A stretch of 64,000 nucleotides of DNA from Pirellula staleyi DSM 6068 (GCA_945900945.1 CAMDKL010000006.1:6990-70989), one strand, 5' to 3'. Numbered from the stretch's first letter, positions 9,890 to 21,423 are shown. Numbers and translations are program-made. Notes: generated by a model from the letters alone, not told the origin.

Positions 9890-12148
9890 TCACCCGCCAA
9901 ACATGCGTGTCAGATTAACGGTGTCGTTGATAATGACGGCCCCCATCAGGCAAAGCAAACCTAACACTCCAACCATTGTCAGCTTCATTTGCAACGCCTC
10001 GTCGACTGGCTTGCCGCGGATCGCTTCGGCAGTCAAGAACATCATATGGCCACCATCCAGTGCAGGAATTGGCAAAAAGTTGATAATCGCAAGGTTCGCG
10101 CTCAACATGGTTAGGAACATCAACAGTGGCGAAATCCCCTTGGAGGCCGCATCCGTCGCTTCCACCGCAATCATGCCCGGTCCGCCAACCACTTTGAAAG
10201 GCATTTTGCCTTTGACGAGCAGTTCGAGGAACTCAAGCACATTACCCATCCGTCGGCGTATTTCGCCGACCCCCATCATGATCGCCGAGGCCATGGTTGT
10301 TGCTTTGTGTTCAAACTGCAGCGGCGTGAAACTAACGCCACGTTCAGGCGAAAACCAGTCGGTCTCCGCATGTACGTCCGCTTGGGTTTTTACGACTTTG
10401 CCATCGTGCTCGTAGCTGATTTCAACAGGCATACCCGTGCGAAACGATTGGATTAAATTATGGAAATATTGGATGTTATGACTCTTATCTAAAGGAGTTT
10501 CTTCCAACAGCGCCTTGTAACCTGAAACGTAGACTTTCGTTAGATACTCGGCGTCTACTTTGCCGCTGCCGTCAAAACGAAACTGCTTGATCACGTCGCC
10601 AACGACGATTCCGCTCTTGGCAGCCAACGAGGACGCTTCGACTGCGTTCACAACATTGGAGGGCAAATAGACCAACCCGGAGCCTGGCAACTCATAGCCG
10701 GTAGGTGCAAGCGAGCCCTCGCCACTGCTCACAACAAAATTTTCAGGTACCTTCCAATCCAACTTGATTTGTGTTTTGTCTCCACGCATCACGGTGAGCG
10801 AAGCGGACGTGCCATGCAGCTTTGTAACGATCAGCGGCAGCGTCAATGCATCCTCGATCGGCCTACCATCCAACTCGACCAATTCGTCACCTTCGAGAAT
10901 GCCTGCGGCGGCGGCAGCGGAATCCGCCAATACCGCTACCACGGGTCCCGGCTTGAAACGCAAGCCAAAGCTCTTCATGGGAACCGGAGGCCATTCCACG
11001 TCGATCGTTTTCCCGTCGCGCTCTACCTGCAATGTTAGGGTTTCGTTTAGCCTCGGGTGCATCTTTTCGTTCAAAGCATATTCCATAGGAACCGTGCTGT
11101 GCTCCGAAATCGGCAGCATCTCTCCGTTCACGCCAACAACCACGTCGGATTTCTGTAGTTTGGGTATCCATTTCTCCGAATCGCTAAACCCGAATTGTAT
11201 TTGCTTTCCGACAGGTGAATCGCTACTAATTCGAGTCATTGCGGCGCTTCGAAGACCGAGAGTTAAGTGCTGAATCCCCTTCTTCGGGTCGGAATGGGCG
11301 GTTGTTCCTACAAATTTCTTAGCGATCTCGGCCCCTTGTCGCTCTATTCCCAGTTCGACCTCCTTTTTCGGATCTCGTAGCCCATGAAATAGAACGGACA
11401 TGAACATATCTCGAAAGGATAGCTCCTGCTCCTTTACTTGATCAACTTGGTTGACTTTGTCGCCGGCCGCCAATCCATTCTTCCAAGCCGGGTCTCCCGG
11501 TATGACTTCACCGATAACGGCTGGATCGTATTTTAAGCCCGAGTGAAAAGCCCAAGCAGCCATCAAAACGCCAAAGATCAAATTCATCACGACCCCAGCG
11601 CTAATAATAACCATGCGGGCACCCACGCTTTTGGCCGGGAACGATCGCGGGTCCAATTGAACTCGCTCCGGATCGTCGGCAGCGGCATTTGGATTCTCCT
11701 TCCGAATTCGCTGCAATTCCTCTTCCGCTCGACGTGGATCGTCGTCTTGGCCGAGCATCTTGACGTAGCCGCCCAGAGGGATGGCACCGATTCCATACTC
11801 GGTCTCGCCCCATTTGAAATGAACCAGTTTCGAAGGCAATCGGATCGGCCCGATTTTGATGGGGACGTCGAATCCGACGTAGAACTTCTCGCATTTGACC
11901 CCAAAAGCTTTCGCCGCGAGGAAGTGGCCGAGTTCGTGAACAAAAATCACGAAACCAAGTCCTGCGGCGACCAGCATGATGTTGTAAAAATGTGTGACCC
12001 ATTGCTGAATGAGGTTAGGCTCCGCAGCAAGTATCGGAGTCATCAACTCCAACCACGACATCGCTGAACTCGAAAAATCGACGATTGTCGAAATCGGCGA
12101 GGATAAATCATGGGTGGCAAGGGTATCTAGCATTTTGACGTAATCCAT
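9890..12148 (-). CDS. rseP: Site-2 protease RseP (M50) with multiple PDZ domains
   Basis: FVHELGH Zn motif, IPLGGYVKM, NFLPIPALDGGH; downstream of dxr; start placed at ATG 12148 (MDYVKML) overlapping the dxr end. Confidence 0.93.
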   Translation of the reverse strand: MDYVKMLDTLATHDLSSPISTIVDFSSSAMSWLELMTPILAAEPNLIQQWVTHFYNIMLVAAGLGFVIFVHELGHFLAAKAFGVKCEKFYVGFDVPIKIGPIRLPSKLVHFKWGETEYGIGAIPLGGYVKMLGQDDDPRRAEEELQRIRKENPNAAADDPERVQLDPRSFPAKSVGARMVIISAGVVMNLIFGVLMAAWAFHSGLKYDPAVIGEVIPGDPAWKNGLAAGDKVNQVDQVKEQELSFRDMFMSVLFHGLRDPKKEVELGIERQGAEIAKKFVGTTAHSDPKKGIQHLTLGLRSAAMTRISSDSPVGKQIQFGFSDSEKWIPKLQKSDVVVGVNGEMLPISEHSTVPMEYALNEKMHPRLNETLTLQVERDGKTIDVEWPPVPMKSFGLRFKPGPVVAVLADSAAAAAGILEGDELVELDGRPIEDALTLPLIVTKLHGTSASLTVMRGDKTQIKLDWKVPENFVVSSGEGSLAPTGYELPGSGLVYLPSNVVNAVEASSLAAKSGIVVGDVIKQFRFDGSGKVDAEYLTKVYVSGYKALLEETPLDKSHNIQYFHNLIQSFRTGMPVEISYEHDGKVVKTQADVHAETDWFSPERGVSFTPLQFEHKATTMASAIMMGVGEIRRRMGNVLEFLELLVKGKMPFKVVGGPGMIAVEATDAASKGISPLLMFLTMLSANLAIINFLPIPALDGGHMMFLTAEAIRGKPVDEALQMKLTMVGVLGLLCLMGAVIINDTVNLTRMFGG

Positions 12149-13326
12149 CTTTGAACTTCTTTGTGTCCCCATCGATCCAACGCCAACAGCTCCGAAAGCG
12201 TTGGGGACGGAGAAAAATGATGATGATCTAATACCTGGCGACAAATGGTCGCAATCTCGGTCAACTTTATTTTATTGTCCAAGAACAGCTCTACGGAAGC
12301 CTCGTTGGCTGCGTTCAGGACCGCACCGCAGGTTCCACCCCTTTTTGCCACCTCGAACCCAAGTTGCAATGCCGGGTAACGTTCCAAATCAACAGGTTTC
12401 CAATCCAAATGCGTTGGCTGAGTCCAATCCAGCGACGGACTTGGTGATTGGACACGGTTTGGGTAGGTTAAAGCATATTGAATCGGGAGCCGCATATCAG
12501 GCGGACTCATTTGTCCGAGGATCGAACCGTCGTTGAATTCGACCATGGAATGAATGATGGATTGCGGGTGTAACACAACCGCGATTTGTTCTGGTTCAAG
12601 ATCAAAAAGCCATTTCGCTTCGATAATTTCAAGCGCTTTGTTCATCATCGTGGCCGAATCTACAGTGATTTTGCGTCCCATTTTCCAAGTTGGATGAGAC
12701 AAAGCGTCAGAGATTGTTGCTTCCGATAATTTGTCGATTGGCCAATCACGCAAAGGACCTCCGCTGGCGGTCAGTATGATTCTTTTGACTTCCGATATTT
12801 CGCGTCCGGCCTGCAAACATTGGAAAACAGCGCTATGTTCGCTATCCACTGGCACGATTTCTGCACCGCTAGATTTTGCGGCTTCCATCATCAAAGAGCC
12901 GGAAACGACGAGCGACTCCTTGTTGGCAAGCGCTAGTCGTTTGCCGGCCTGCGCTGCGGCAAGTGCCGTTTCCAGCCCAGCGATTCCCACTATTCCTGCT
13001 ACCACAATGTCAACTTCAGGACTTTGCACCAGCGAGACCAAGCGATCCGTACTGGATTCACGTACGGTACACGATAGTGTCGAACCGCCGTCTCCAGATT
13101 GCCAACGTTTCGCTTGTTCGTTAAATAGCCCGGTGGCGAATGCGAATTTAGGCGAATACGTTTGAATTTGCTCTTCAAATCGATCGAGTTGGGTATGGCA
13201 GGAGATTGCAGCCAAGCGAAAACGGGGGTCGCCTTTGGAAAGTACTTCCAGGGCCGCTCGTCCAATGCTGCCGGTCGAGCCTAGAATGGCAACATTGCGA
13301 ATTTGGCTCAACGAAATGGTCTCCAT
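12127..13326 (-). CDS. dxr: 1-deoxy-D-xylulose-5-phosphate reductoisomerase
   Basis: ILGSTGSIG, LANKESLV, PVDSEHSAVFQC, HPTWKMGRKITVDSATMMNKALEIIEA. Confidence 0.98.
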   Translation of the reverse strand: METISLSQIRNVAILGSTGSIGRAALEVLSKGDPRFRLAAISCHTQLDRFEEQIQTYSPKFAFATGLFNEQAKRWQSGDGGSTLSCTVRESSTDRLVSLVQSPEVDIVVAGIVGIAGLETALAAAQAGKRLALANKESLVVSGSLMMEAAKSSGAEIVPVDSEHSAVFQCLQAGREISEVKRIILTASGGPLRDWPIDKLSEATISDALSHPTWKMGRKITVDSATMMNKALEIIEAKWLFDLEPEQIAVVLHPQSIIHSMVEFNDGSILGQMSPPDMRLPIQYALTYPNRVQSPSPSLDWTQPTHLDWKPVDLERYPALQLGFEVAKRGGTCGAVLNAANEASVELFLDNKIKLTEIATICRQVLDHHHFSPSPTLSELLALDRWGHKEVQRWITSKC

Positions 13327-13546
13327 TGGGAGTCCATCCCTGGGAGTTAAATTCTGCAGAGTCGTTGCATCCGTCGCAAAACGTTCCGACCTCTACACTT
13401 ATCCACAACATTTTAGTACCATCCCAAGAAAACCTCAACCTCAATCCCTGCTCAACCCTCTCAGTCAGTGCATAATTGCGTAAGCTGCTCCTGAGAAATG
13501 CTGTCGTTAACCCCTATCCCTATTGCCTTCAGTGGCTCCCCTTCGA

Positions 13547-15619
13547 ATGCCTGAACCATCCAAACCGGAAAAAAAACCAGCTCCATTGAGCAACTCTACC
13601 CCGAATAACTCTTGGCTGATGTACGTAATTCTCGCCTCGTTGTGCCTATTTGGCACTTATAGCATCGTCGCAAGTTCTCAGGTTCAGTCGATTCCGTACC
13701 CGGATTTGATCCAACTGATTGAGAAGACGAGGTACGAAGAAGGCAAGCTGGGCACGCTTGAAGCGGGTTATGCGGGCTCGATCAGTATCGTCTCGGACAC
13801 CGGTACGGTTGAGATTAGTAACCTACGAGATGTAAGGGTTGACGACACCACGATCAACGGACTGGTCGACATCAAATCAACTGCGAAAGGAAAACCAAGT
13901 TCCACGCGGTTGAAAGTCTCGTTTGAAACGACCAAAGACAATTCGAACGATACAACGCGTCAGGTCCGAGAGAAGCTAGATCGAGCTCGCATATCTTGGT
14001 CCTACAAACCAGGTCCAAGTCTATTGACCCAATCGATCTGGTTCTTTGTCTTGCCGCTGCTTTTGGTGATGGGGGTCTTTATGTTTGCAATGCGGCGGAT
14101 GGGTGGCATTGGTTCACCCATGCAATTCGGTCGATCGCGGGGCAAGCTCTATGCAAACGAAGCCGTCGGCGTCACGTTTGATGATGTGGCCGGAATCGAT
14201 GAAGCGGTCGAAGAAGTCCGAGAAGTGGTCGACTTCCTCAAGAATCCGGAAAAGTATCAGAAACTCGGTGGCCGCATCCCTCATGGCGTGCTCCTCGTGG
14301 GGCCTCCTGGTACTGGAAAGACGCTGCTGGCAAAAGCTATTGCCGGTGAAGCTGGCGTGCCATTCTATTCGCTCTCCGGATCTGACTTTGTAGAAATGTT
14401 TGTCGGTGTCGGTGCCGCCCGCGTTCGAGATATGTTCCAGCAGGCGACCGCCAAGGCACCGTCGATCATCTTCATCGATGAACTTGACGCGCTCGGCAAG
14501 AGTAGGGCAGGCAACGTCCCTGGCTCCCATGACGAACGCGAACAAACACTCAATGCCCTACTTGTTGAAATGGATGGTTTCGCAGCCAACGTTGGCGTCA
14601 TCGTCATTGCTGCAACCAACCGGCCTGAAACACTTGACCCTGCTTTGCTGCGTGCAGGCCGCTTTGACCGAAACGTGTTGGTCGATCGTCCTGACAAACA
14701 GGGACGCGAAGAAATTCTCAAAGTTCACGTCAAAGGTGTAAAGCTTGGCTCGAATGTTGAACTGAAACAGGTCGCGGCGATTACGCCAGGCTTTGTCGGG
14801 GCTGACCTTGCCAATCTTGTGAACGAAGCCGCATTGCTGGCTGCTCGGAAAGGCAAAAGCAATGTTGGCAAAGAGGAATTCAACGACGGAGTCGAACGAG
14901 TCACGGCAGGTTTGGAAAAGAAAAGTCGCATCATGAGCGAGGACGAAAAACGCCGCGTTGCCTATCACGAAGCTGGGCACGCTTTGGTCGCCTACTTGCT
15001 GCCCAATACAGATCCTGTCCACAAGGTCTCGATTATTCCACGCGGTATTGCAGCTCTCGGATATACAATGCAACGGCCCGAAGGGGATCGGTATCTGATG
15101 ACGCAACCGGAGCTTGAGGCACAAATGCAAGTGCTCGTCGCTGGTACGTTAACCGAAGAAATCATCTTTCGCGATATTAGCACTGGCGCACAGAACGACT
15201 TGGAAAGAGCCACCAACATCGCCCGAGGAATGGTCATGGAGTTTGGAATGAGCCGCATGGGTAAGGTCAACTATCGCGAAAGCAATCGATCCCCTTTCTT
15301 AGCTGGATTGTCCGGTGAATCCTTCGGTCGTGAGCACTCTGAGCAAACCGCACGAGAAATCGATCAGGAAGTCAAACGACTGATCGACGAGGCAATTCAG
15401 AAAACTCGAACTATTTTAGGTGAACGGCGCGGAGCACTTGAAGCGTTAGCACAACGTCTGATCGAAGTCGAAGTTGTTGATTCTGACGACTTGAAGAGCA
15501 TCATGGATGCCAATATTGTCGGACCAAGAGTCGTCCCAGGAACCAATACCGGCTCGGTTTCCGCATCGACAAAAACGGTACCAATGGTCGATGTTGGAAC
15601 GATTGGGAAGTCGAGTTAG
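13547..15619 (+). CDS. ftsH: ATP-dependent zinc metalloprotease FtsH
   Basis: Two N-terminal TM segments, [43 protein letters not shown]; ATG 13547 chosen (ORF track TTG 13523). Confidence 0.97.
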   Translation: MPEPSKPEKKPAPLSNSTPNNSWLMYVILASLCLFGTYSIVASSQVQSIPYPDLIQLIEKTRYEEGKLGTLEAGYAGSISIVSDTGTVEISNLRDVRVDDTTINGLVDIKSTAKGKPSSTRLKVSFETTKDNSNDTTRQVREKLDRARISWSYKPGPSLLTQSIWFFVLPLLLVMGVFMFAMRRMGGIGSPMQFGRSRGKLYANEAVGVTFDDVAGIDEAVEEVREVVDFLKNPEKYQKLGGRIPHGVLLVGPPGTGKTLLAKAIAGEAGVPFYSLSGSDFVEMFVGVGAARVRDMFQQATAKAPSIIFIDELDALGKSRAGNVPGSHDEREQTLNALLVEMDGFAANVGVIVIAATNRPETLDPALLRAGRFDRNVLVDRPDKQGREEILKVHVKGVKLGSNVELKQVAAITPGFVGADLANLVNEAALLAARKGKSNVGKEEFNDGVERVTAGLEKKSRIMSEDEKRRVAYHEAGHALVAYLLPNTDPVHKVSIIPRGIAALGYTMQRPEGDRYLMTQPELEAQMQVLVAGTLTEEIIFRDISTGAQNDLERATNIARGMVMEFGMSRMGKVNYRESNRSPFLAGLSGESFGREHSEQTAREIDQEVKRLIDEAIQKTRTILGERRGALEALAQRLIEVEVVDSDDLKSIMDANIVGPRVVPGTNTGSVSASTKTVPMVDVGTIGKSS

Positions 15620-15879
15620 CTACCGATCCCAACTCCCACGTCGCCAAGTACTGCAAACCTGCTCACCAAGCGGCACGAAGCCGAAGGGGTCGATTTGGGA
15701 CGGTCGAACTAGAATTGAAATCGATAATGATGTACTCATCCGCACTTATCCCTCGAACTAGAAACTGTCCTCGCGACCCTGCGAATCTGTCGGCGATTTA
15801 CCGTTGAATCTCAAATATCTCTCAAGTCGCTCAATCAAACCGCCACCCTCAAAGCTAGCGTTGGCGAATCGAGCAGCGT

Positions 15880-16668
15880 CTAAAAAAGCGATGTTTCCAA
15901 CTGAGACGTAGTGACTTGCAGGTGTGGCAACTGAGATTGCAGCTGCGAAGCCAAGTCTTTCATTGCAAACGATTCGCTGGCATGATGGCCTATCATCAAC
16001 AATGCGATGCCGAGCGATTCTGCCTCCAAGCATTGGTGGTAAGTGGCTTCGCCGGTCAACATCGCATCGCACCCTCGACGTGCTAAGAGCCCAAGCAAAC
16101 TGCCGCCGCTGCCGCAAACGATTCCCATTTTTATGATGCGGTGGTCGGTGCCGTGTGTGTGCCTGGAGCGAATCATCGGGATCGCGACCCTAATTCGCTC
16201 CATGACGCCGTCGATGGAGAGCGGGGTAGAGAGTCTACCCAATCGCCCCAATCCCAGCGATTCGTCGCTCGAAATGTTAGGCAAGAAAGGCTGAAGGGGT
16301 TTGATCATATCTAGGCCGAGGATGATTGCTAGTTGCTGATTGATACCCGTCTTTGCATTATCCCAAGCTGTGTGGGGCGAATAGATCGCAATTCCTGCTT
16401 CGATCGCTCGTAGCAGTAGTTGGCCGGCGGTGGTGTCGTCGGTGATTTTGGAAAGCGGCTTAAATGGAATCGGGTGGTGGCAGATTACCAACTCGACTTT
16501 CTCTCGAATCGCTTCCTCAAGCGTAGTGGCAGTCAGTGTCAAACAAGTCATTGCACGGGAGACTTCTCGATTGCGATTGCCGACCAGCAGGCCTACATTG
16601 TCCCAACTCTCCGCAAACTCAAGTGGAGCTAACTGTTGTAGAACGTTGAGGACGGAGTTTAACTGCAT
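15880..16668 (-). CDS. Nif3-like dinuclear metal-centre protein (YbgI family)
   Basis: AESWDNVGLLVG, VICHHP, HTAWD, GICGSGG-like GIVCGSGGS, GHHASE. Confidence 0.93.
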   Translation of the reverse strand: MQLNSVLNVLQQLAPLEFAESWDNVGLLVGNRNREVSRAMTCLTLTATTLEEAIREKVELVICHHPIPFKPLSKITDDTTAGQLLLRAIEAGIAIYSPHTAWDNAKTGINQQLAIILGLDMIKPLQPFLPNISSDESLGLGRLGRLSTPLSIDGVMERIRVAIPMIRSRHTHGTDHRIIKMGIVCGSGGSLLGLLARRGCDAMLTGEATYHQCLEAESLGIALLMIGHHASESFAMKDLASQLQSQLPHLQVTTSQLETSLF

Positions 16669-17738
16669 GACATTTGATTCAGTAGGCGATGGGAACCGGG
16701 AGCACTCGCTATTTTCATGGATGGATAGCGAGAGTAGCCTCGTAGAAACTCGTCTGCCGACATGAGGCGTTTGCCTGCCGGCTGAACAACTGAAATGGAA
16801 AGGAGTCCGTCGATGGCGACGGCCAACAACGACGATGTTGCGGAGTACTGTTCCAGTCTTGTTTTTAAGCTGGAATTCGTTTCTAACAAATTCTTGAGTG
16901 GATCACCGTAGAGCAGATCGCCTGGTGATAGCGGCAGCGAGCTAATATCGCATTCGATGGGAGCCGCTTGAGGGACGAGGACACGAATTGTCTTGTTGTC
17001 AGGGAATTGAAAATGGGCAAAAGTTCCCGGCCAGGTTTGCAAACCTCGAATGAGACGATCTATCCAACGAACTGGATAGTGAAGATTTAGTTCGCCATCT
17101 TCTTTTGCAAGCCGAGGTGCTTTGGTTGCAAGCGATTTATCCTGTCGTTCCCCCAGAGCCTCGCATTCTTGGAGAGTTTGTTTTGACTCCAGTAACGCTA
17201 CCGATTTCAAAGTCGATTCGACTCCGATTTGACTGAGCCTCACCTCGAGTTCGGCTGCAGTTTCCAACGGGCCTATTTCAGTCGATAGTGAGTGAAGAAC
17301 CGGGCCACCATCCAGAGCGGGAGTCATGTGAATGATGGAGACACCTGCGACGGAATCACCTGAGAGGATCGACCATTGGACGGGTGCTGCACCACGATGA
17401 CGAGGGAGCAGCGAACCGTGGAGGTTGATGCCACCAAGCTTGGTGGCAACCAACGCATCACGAGACAGGATTTGGCCATAATCACAGACGACCATCAAGT
17501 CGGCTTGTATCGAAGTGAGCCAATGAATCGTTTCCGAATTATTGATAGAGGCTGGGGCGGCGATAGGCAGAGAGTTGAGGGTGGCCCATTGTCGAATCGG
17601 GCTTTGCGGAGGCTCTTTCTTGCTCGTCACAGGAACTGTGGGCCGAGTGACCACATGCAGGATCTCATGGCCCTTGTGAAGAAGAGCTTGGAAACTGGGA
17701 ACGGCAAAAGGACCGGTTCCCATTAAAATCAATCGCAT
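16659..17738 (-). CDS. fmt: Methionyl-tRNA formyltransferase
   Basis: MRLILMGTGPFA, VCDYGQIL, INLHGSLLPRHRGAAPVQW, LDGGP; start at ATG 17738. Confidence 0.96.
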   Translation of the reverse strand: MRLILMGTGPFAVPSFQALLHKGHEILHVVTRPTVPVTSKKEPPQSPIRQWATLNSLPIAAPASINNSETIHWLTSIQADLMVVCDYGQILSRDALVATKLGGINLHGSLLPRHRGAAPVQWSILSGDSVAGVSIIHMTPALDGGPVLHSLSTEIGPLETAAELEVRLSQIGVESTLKSVALLESKQTLQECEALGERQDKSLATKAPRLAKEDGELNLHYPVRWIDRLIRGLQTWPGTFAHFQFPDNKTIRVLVPQAAPIECDISSLPLSPGDLLYGDPLKNLLETNSSLKTRLEQYSATSSLLAVAIDGLLSISVVQPAGKRLMSADEFLRGYSRYPSMKIASAPGSHRLLNQMSCS

Positions 17739-17832
17739 TGCAACCTCGGATGGATGGGTGCGTGAAACGAAAATGGGCAAGCAAAATCGCCTGCCCAAGT
17801 TGTTGGAAATAAAATCGAACCTGGTCTGAGGA

Positions 17833-18162
17833 TTAGACCATGTCCTTAAGTTTCTTAAGAGCCCGAACCTTAACGGCTGTGGACGCTGGCTTTGGATCAG
17901 CCCACTTCATTTCGCCGGTCTGAGGGTTTCGAACTTGGCGCTTTGGAAGAGCCTTCTTTTGAATACGGATAATTTTGCATAGATCAGGGATAACGAATGA
18001 GCCCACGCCCTTCTTGCCAACCGAACTGGAAATTTCGGCCTTGAGAGCTTCAAATACTTCCGCAATTTGCTTCTTCGAAAGACCGGTCTTTTCAGCAATG
18101 TTGGTGAAGATTTGGACCTTGGTCAATGGCTTTTCTGTCTTGGCAGCAGCTGCTTTTGCCAT
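17833..18162 (-). CDS. HU family DNA-binding protein
   Basis: IAEKTGLSKKQIAEVFEAL, RQVRNPQTGE; Lys/Ala rich; start at ATG 18162. Confidence 0.92.
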   Translation of the reverse strand: MAKAAAAKTEKPLTKVQIFTNIAEKTGLSKKQIAEVFEALKAEISSSVGKKGVGSFVIPDLCKIIRIQKKALPKRQVRNPQTGEMKWADPKPASTAVKVRALKKLKDMV

Positions 18163-18401
18163 ACGATGAATCCCTTTCAACGAACCTAGAATCATGAATC
18201 ATGTCCAACCTAGGACAATTCGATTCGCTGAATTAAAGGTTGCCCTGGTTTAAATGCAACCGGGAAACGCCCGTTTTGCGATAAAAACCCTGGATTTCGA
18301 CCATTTTCGTGAATAAAACATTGAAAAAACGGTTTGTTTGCAAAAATCGACTGGAAAATATTGGGACCTGTGCGATTGAATTGCCCGCGAAATCGAGTTT
18401 T

Positions 18402-18785
18402 TTAGGGGCTTGATATCCCCTTGGGAACGTATTCCGTGCCGATTGGATACTTGAGTTCGTTCCGCTTCATTTTGTATTCGAGTGCTCGACTCAAGTCGAT
18501 GCCGAGCGTGTTTGCAAGCGCGAGCGAGTACGCAAGGACATCGGAAAGCTCCTGAGCAATCGGGGAATCGTCCGACACCGAAAAGGTTAGAGGATTTGAG
18601 TTGGTCCACTGGAAGTGCTCCATCAATTCCGCCGCTTCGATGGCGATGGACATCGACAGGTTTTTCGGTGAGTGAAACGACTCCCATGATCGATCGGTTA
18701 CAAATTGGTTGACCAGAGCTTTGAGTTCATCAATCGTAGCGGTTGAATCGGATAGTTTCCCAGGAATAGTTGGGTCCATGAGCAT
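18402..18785 (-). CDS. MazG-like nucleotide pyrophosphohydrolase (dCTP pyrophosphatase type)
   Basis: WESFHSPKNLSMSIAIEAAELMEHFQW, ELSDVL, KMKRNELKYP. Confidence 0.92.
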   Translation of the reverse strand: MLMDPTIPGKLSDSTATIDELKALVNQFVTDRSWESFHSPKNLSMSIAIEAAELMEHFQWTNSNPLTFSVSDDSPIAQELSDVLAYSLALANTLGIDLSRALEYKMKRNELKYPIGTEYVPKGISSP

Positions 18786-18890
18786 TAGCCTTGACGATTG
18801 GCGGACAATGAAGACGATTGGTGCTTATTCGATCACACTTACCCGACTTATTTTCGCAGTTTTATTGCAAATCCACTAGGAGATACATCG

Positions 18891-19490
18891 ATGGCAGTTC
18901 TCGTTACCAAACCAGCCCCAGACTTCAAAGCGAATGCTGTCCTCAAGGATGGTTCGTTCGCTGAATTGACGCTCAGTCAATTCAAAGGAAAATACGTTTT
19001 ACTCTTTTTTTATCCGCTCGATTTTACTTTCGTTTGTCCGACGGAAATCATCTCTTTTTCGGACCGCGTCAAGGAATTCACGGATCTCAATGTGGAAGTC
19101 ATCGGTATTTCTGTCGACAGCGAGTTCTCGCATTTGGCGTGGCGAAATTTGCCACGAACCCAAGGCGGGATCGGCCAAATTGACTATTCGCTGGTAGCGG
19201 ATCTAAACAAACAGATATCCAGGGACTACGATGTCCTGATCGGCGACGCCGTCGCGTTGCGTGGATTATTTCTGATCGATACCACCGGTGTTGTTCGTCA
19301 CCAAGTTGTGAACGATCTTCCTCTTGGTCGCAGTGTTGACGAAGCCTTGCGAATGGTTCAGGCGCTGCAATTCGTTGAAAAGAACGGTGAAGTTTGCCCT
19401 GCAAATTGGCAAGAGGGAAAGCGTACCATCAAACCAACTGTCAACGCGAGCAAAGAATTCTTCGGTGCAGAATACTCCGGCCATGCTTGA
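18891..19490 (+). CDS. ahpC: Typical 2-Cys peroxiredoxin
   Basis: [14 protein letters not shown] and GEVCPANW; start at ATG 18891. Confidence 0.96.
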   Translation: MAVLVTKPAPDFKANAVLKDGSFAELTLSQFKGKYVLLFFYPLDFTFVCPTEIISFSDRVKEFTDLNVEVIGISVDSEFSHLAWRNLPRTQGGIGQIDYSLVADLNKQISRDYDVLIGDAVALRGLFLIDTTGVVRHQVVNDLPLGRSVDEALRMVQALQFVEKNGEVCPANWQEGKRTIKPTVNASKEFFGAEYSGHA

Positions 19491-19492
19491 GC

Positions 19493-19521
19493 GGCCCTGC
19501 GACTCCGCCCGCAGGTCTTTT
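19493..19521 (+). terminator. Possible rho-independent terminator after ahpC
   Basis: cctgcg-8 nt-cgcagg stem followed by tctttt. Confidence 0.4.
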
Positions 19522-19560
19522 GGCACTAGTGCATTGTCCAACTTAAAAATTGGGGTTGAA

Positions 19561-19629
19561 TTGAGCCGCAATCGCTAGTTGCGATGTGGTTATTTGCGAC
19601 TAAAAGCGCGGCTAGCGTCTGCGGATCAA
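19561..19629. repeat. Inverted REP-like doublet
   Basis: ttgagccgcaatcgctagttgcg ... gcgcggctagcgtctgcggatcaa; same motif as 8329-8397. Confidence 0.75.
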
Positions 19630-19683
19630 CGCAAAAATCTAGGCTGAATAAAGCACTAGCCCGGATTATTCACACGGTTTTGA

Positions 19684-19717
19684 CCCTCGTCCCCAAGCTC
19701 TAGCTTGGTAACGAGGG
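19684..19717. repeat. Near-perfect palindrome (CTCGTNCCCAAGCT-type repeat)
   Basis: ccctcgtccccaagct-ct-agcttggtaacgaggg, arms complementary apart from 2 mismatches. Confidence 0.65.
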
Positions 19718-19806
19718 GACGAAAGGTGGATTTCACTGGGAAGTGTCGTTTTTTAAGTGTTATCTTTTTCGCGGTTTTACAGTGAACTCACCGTCAGCAA
19801 ATTCAT

Positions 19807-20337
19807 ATGTCAATTCCGAAGGAAACTAGGTCAAACTCAGATTCGTCGCGCGATGTAGCCGACTCCAAGCTAACGCACGTCAATGCGAATGGCGAGGCGA
19901 GAATGGTTGATGTGGGTGGTAAAGGTGCAACACGCAGAACGGCAGTCGCCCGCAGTCGAATTTCCATGTCCCTAGATGCCGCCAACGCAATTAGGACAAA
20001 TTCGAACTCCAAGGGGGATTGCCTGCAGGTGGCCCGCATCGCAGCGATTCAAGCAACAAAGCAAACCAGCAATTTAATCCCCTTGTGCCACATGATCTTG
20101 ATCGATTCGGTTGAGGTGCAGCACGAGTGGCTGTCTGAGCATGAGCTTGAATGGCGGATCACCGTAAGGTCGACCGGTTCCACAGGAGTTGAAATGGAAG
20201 CGCTAACCGCGGTCAGCATTGCAGCTTTGACCGTCTACGACATGTGCAAAGCAATCGATCGAACAATGACAATCTCCAGTGTCATGCTGTTATCAAAAAC
20301 CGGCGGGATACGGGGAGATTTCCAGAGAAGAGAGTGA
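19807..20337 (+). CDS. moaC: Cyclic pyranopterin monophosphate synthase
   Basis: LTHVNANGEARMVDV, KGDCLQVARIAAI, LIPLCH, TGVEMEALTA, YDMCKAID. Confidence 0.96.
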   Translation: MSIPKETRSNSDSSRDVADSKLTHVNANGEARMVDVGGKGATRRTAVARSRISMSLDAANAIRTNSNSKGDCLQVARIAAIQATKQTSNLIPLCHMILIDSVEVQHEWLSEHELEWRITVRSTGSTGVEMEALTAVSIAALTVYDMCKAIDRTMTISSVMLLSKTGGIRGDFQRRE

Positions 20338-20343
20338 GCCATC

Positions 20344-21423
20344 ATGGATTCAACCGAAGTTCATCTACAACCGTCCCGCACGCTAGGCGGGACGTCGTCG
20401 AGAGTCTACATTGCTTCGGTAGTTGACGATGTGCAGACCGTCGAGATTTACCGCGATCAACTTCGTTTGGCAACTGCCCCGATCCGCGAGGAACTGCGGC
20501 TCGCGGAGCAAATGCTCCGAAGAGAATTGCAGGTGAGTCCAACGCACATGAGTGAGATGCTTTCGTATGTGGCCGATTTGGGAGGAAAACGACTTCGGCC
20601 ATGCCTTTTGCTTTTAGCGGCAAAAGCCTCAGGTTTGATAACGGAGGAGGCTATTCGACTCAGTGTGGTGGTCGAAATGGTGCACACCGCGTCTCTAGTG
20701 CACGATGATGTGCTCGACGGGGCAATCGCTCGACGCCATAAGGAAACCGTTCACCGTAAGTGGTCGGTGCCCGCAAGCATCTTGGTGGGTGATTGGCTGT
20801 TTGCAAACGCGTACGGGCTTGCGAACAAGGGAACATCGACCATTCCAGGTCGATGGATTGCACAAGCGGCGAAGCATGTTTGCGAGGGTGAGATAATGCA
20901 AGGGAATAGCATTCGGCATTTTGAAATGAAAATCCCGGAGTACATGCGACTTCTCGAGGCAAAAACTGGCGCCCTGTGCGCCGTAAGCTGCTCGCTCGGA
21001 GCTTGGAGCGCCGGAGCAGATGAAGCGATTTGCCACCGTTTGCAACAATACGGCTTAAAGTTAGGGACCGCGTTCCAGGTTTTTGATGACTGGCTCGACG
21101 TTTGGGGACGGCAGGAACTTGCGGGCAAAACGCTCGGAACCGACTTAGCATCCTTCAAACCGACATTGCCGGCGATGCGAACGCTGGAACAGATGCCTGA
21201 CCAAGTCCGCAATGCAATGATAAAACGATTGAACAACGGAGAATTTGCTGCGGCCCAAGAATTGCGTATGGCCATGGACCAATGCGATGCGTCGGATTAT
21301 ACGAAAAAAATTGCGAAGGCGACCGTTGAGGATGCTGTCCGGTCCCTCGACGATTTGCCCGCCAATGCATCGACCACTGCTCTACGCCTCTTGGCAATTG
21401 CCGCCATCGATCGTCAGGGTTAG
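20344..21423 (+). CDS. Polyprenyl diphosphate synthase
   Basis: GGKRLRP, VHDDVLD (FARM) followed by RR, KTGAL, FQVFDDWLD (SARM). Confidence 0.93.
   Translation: MDSTEVHLQPSRTLGGTSSRVYIASVVDDVQTVEIYRDQLRLATAPIREELRLAEQMLRRELQVSPTHMSEMLSYVADLGGKRLRPCLLLLAAKASGLITEEAIRLSVVVEMVHTASLVHDDVLDGAIARRHKETVHRKWSVPASILVGDWLFANAYGLANKGTSTIPGRWIAQAAKHVCEGEIMQGNSIRHFEMKIPEYMRLLEAKTGALCAVSCSLGAWSAGADEAICHRLQQYGLKLGTAFQVFDDWLDVWGRQELAGKTLGTDLASFKPTLPAMRTLEQMPDQVRNAMIKRLNNGEFAAAQELRMAMDQCDASDYTKKIAKATVEDAVRSLDDLPANASTTALRLLAIAAIDRQG

Noticed and set aside
12149-12244. N-terminal extension of the rseP ORF
   Set aside because: Lies inside dxr; ATG 12148 gives the usual short dxr/rseP overlap
13399-13407. Perfect DnaA box TTATCCACA between dxr and ftsH
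   Set aside because: Single 9-mer; about 0.5 expected by chance per 64 kb on both strands; no cluster or DUE, so not an origin
15620-15879. 260-bp gap after ftsH with stop-free stretches on both strands
   Set aside because: Could be another gene scrap, but I recognised no family motif in any frame
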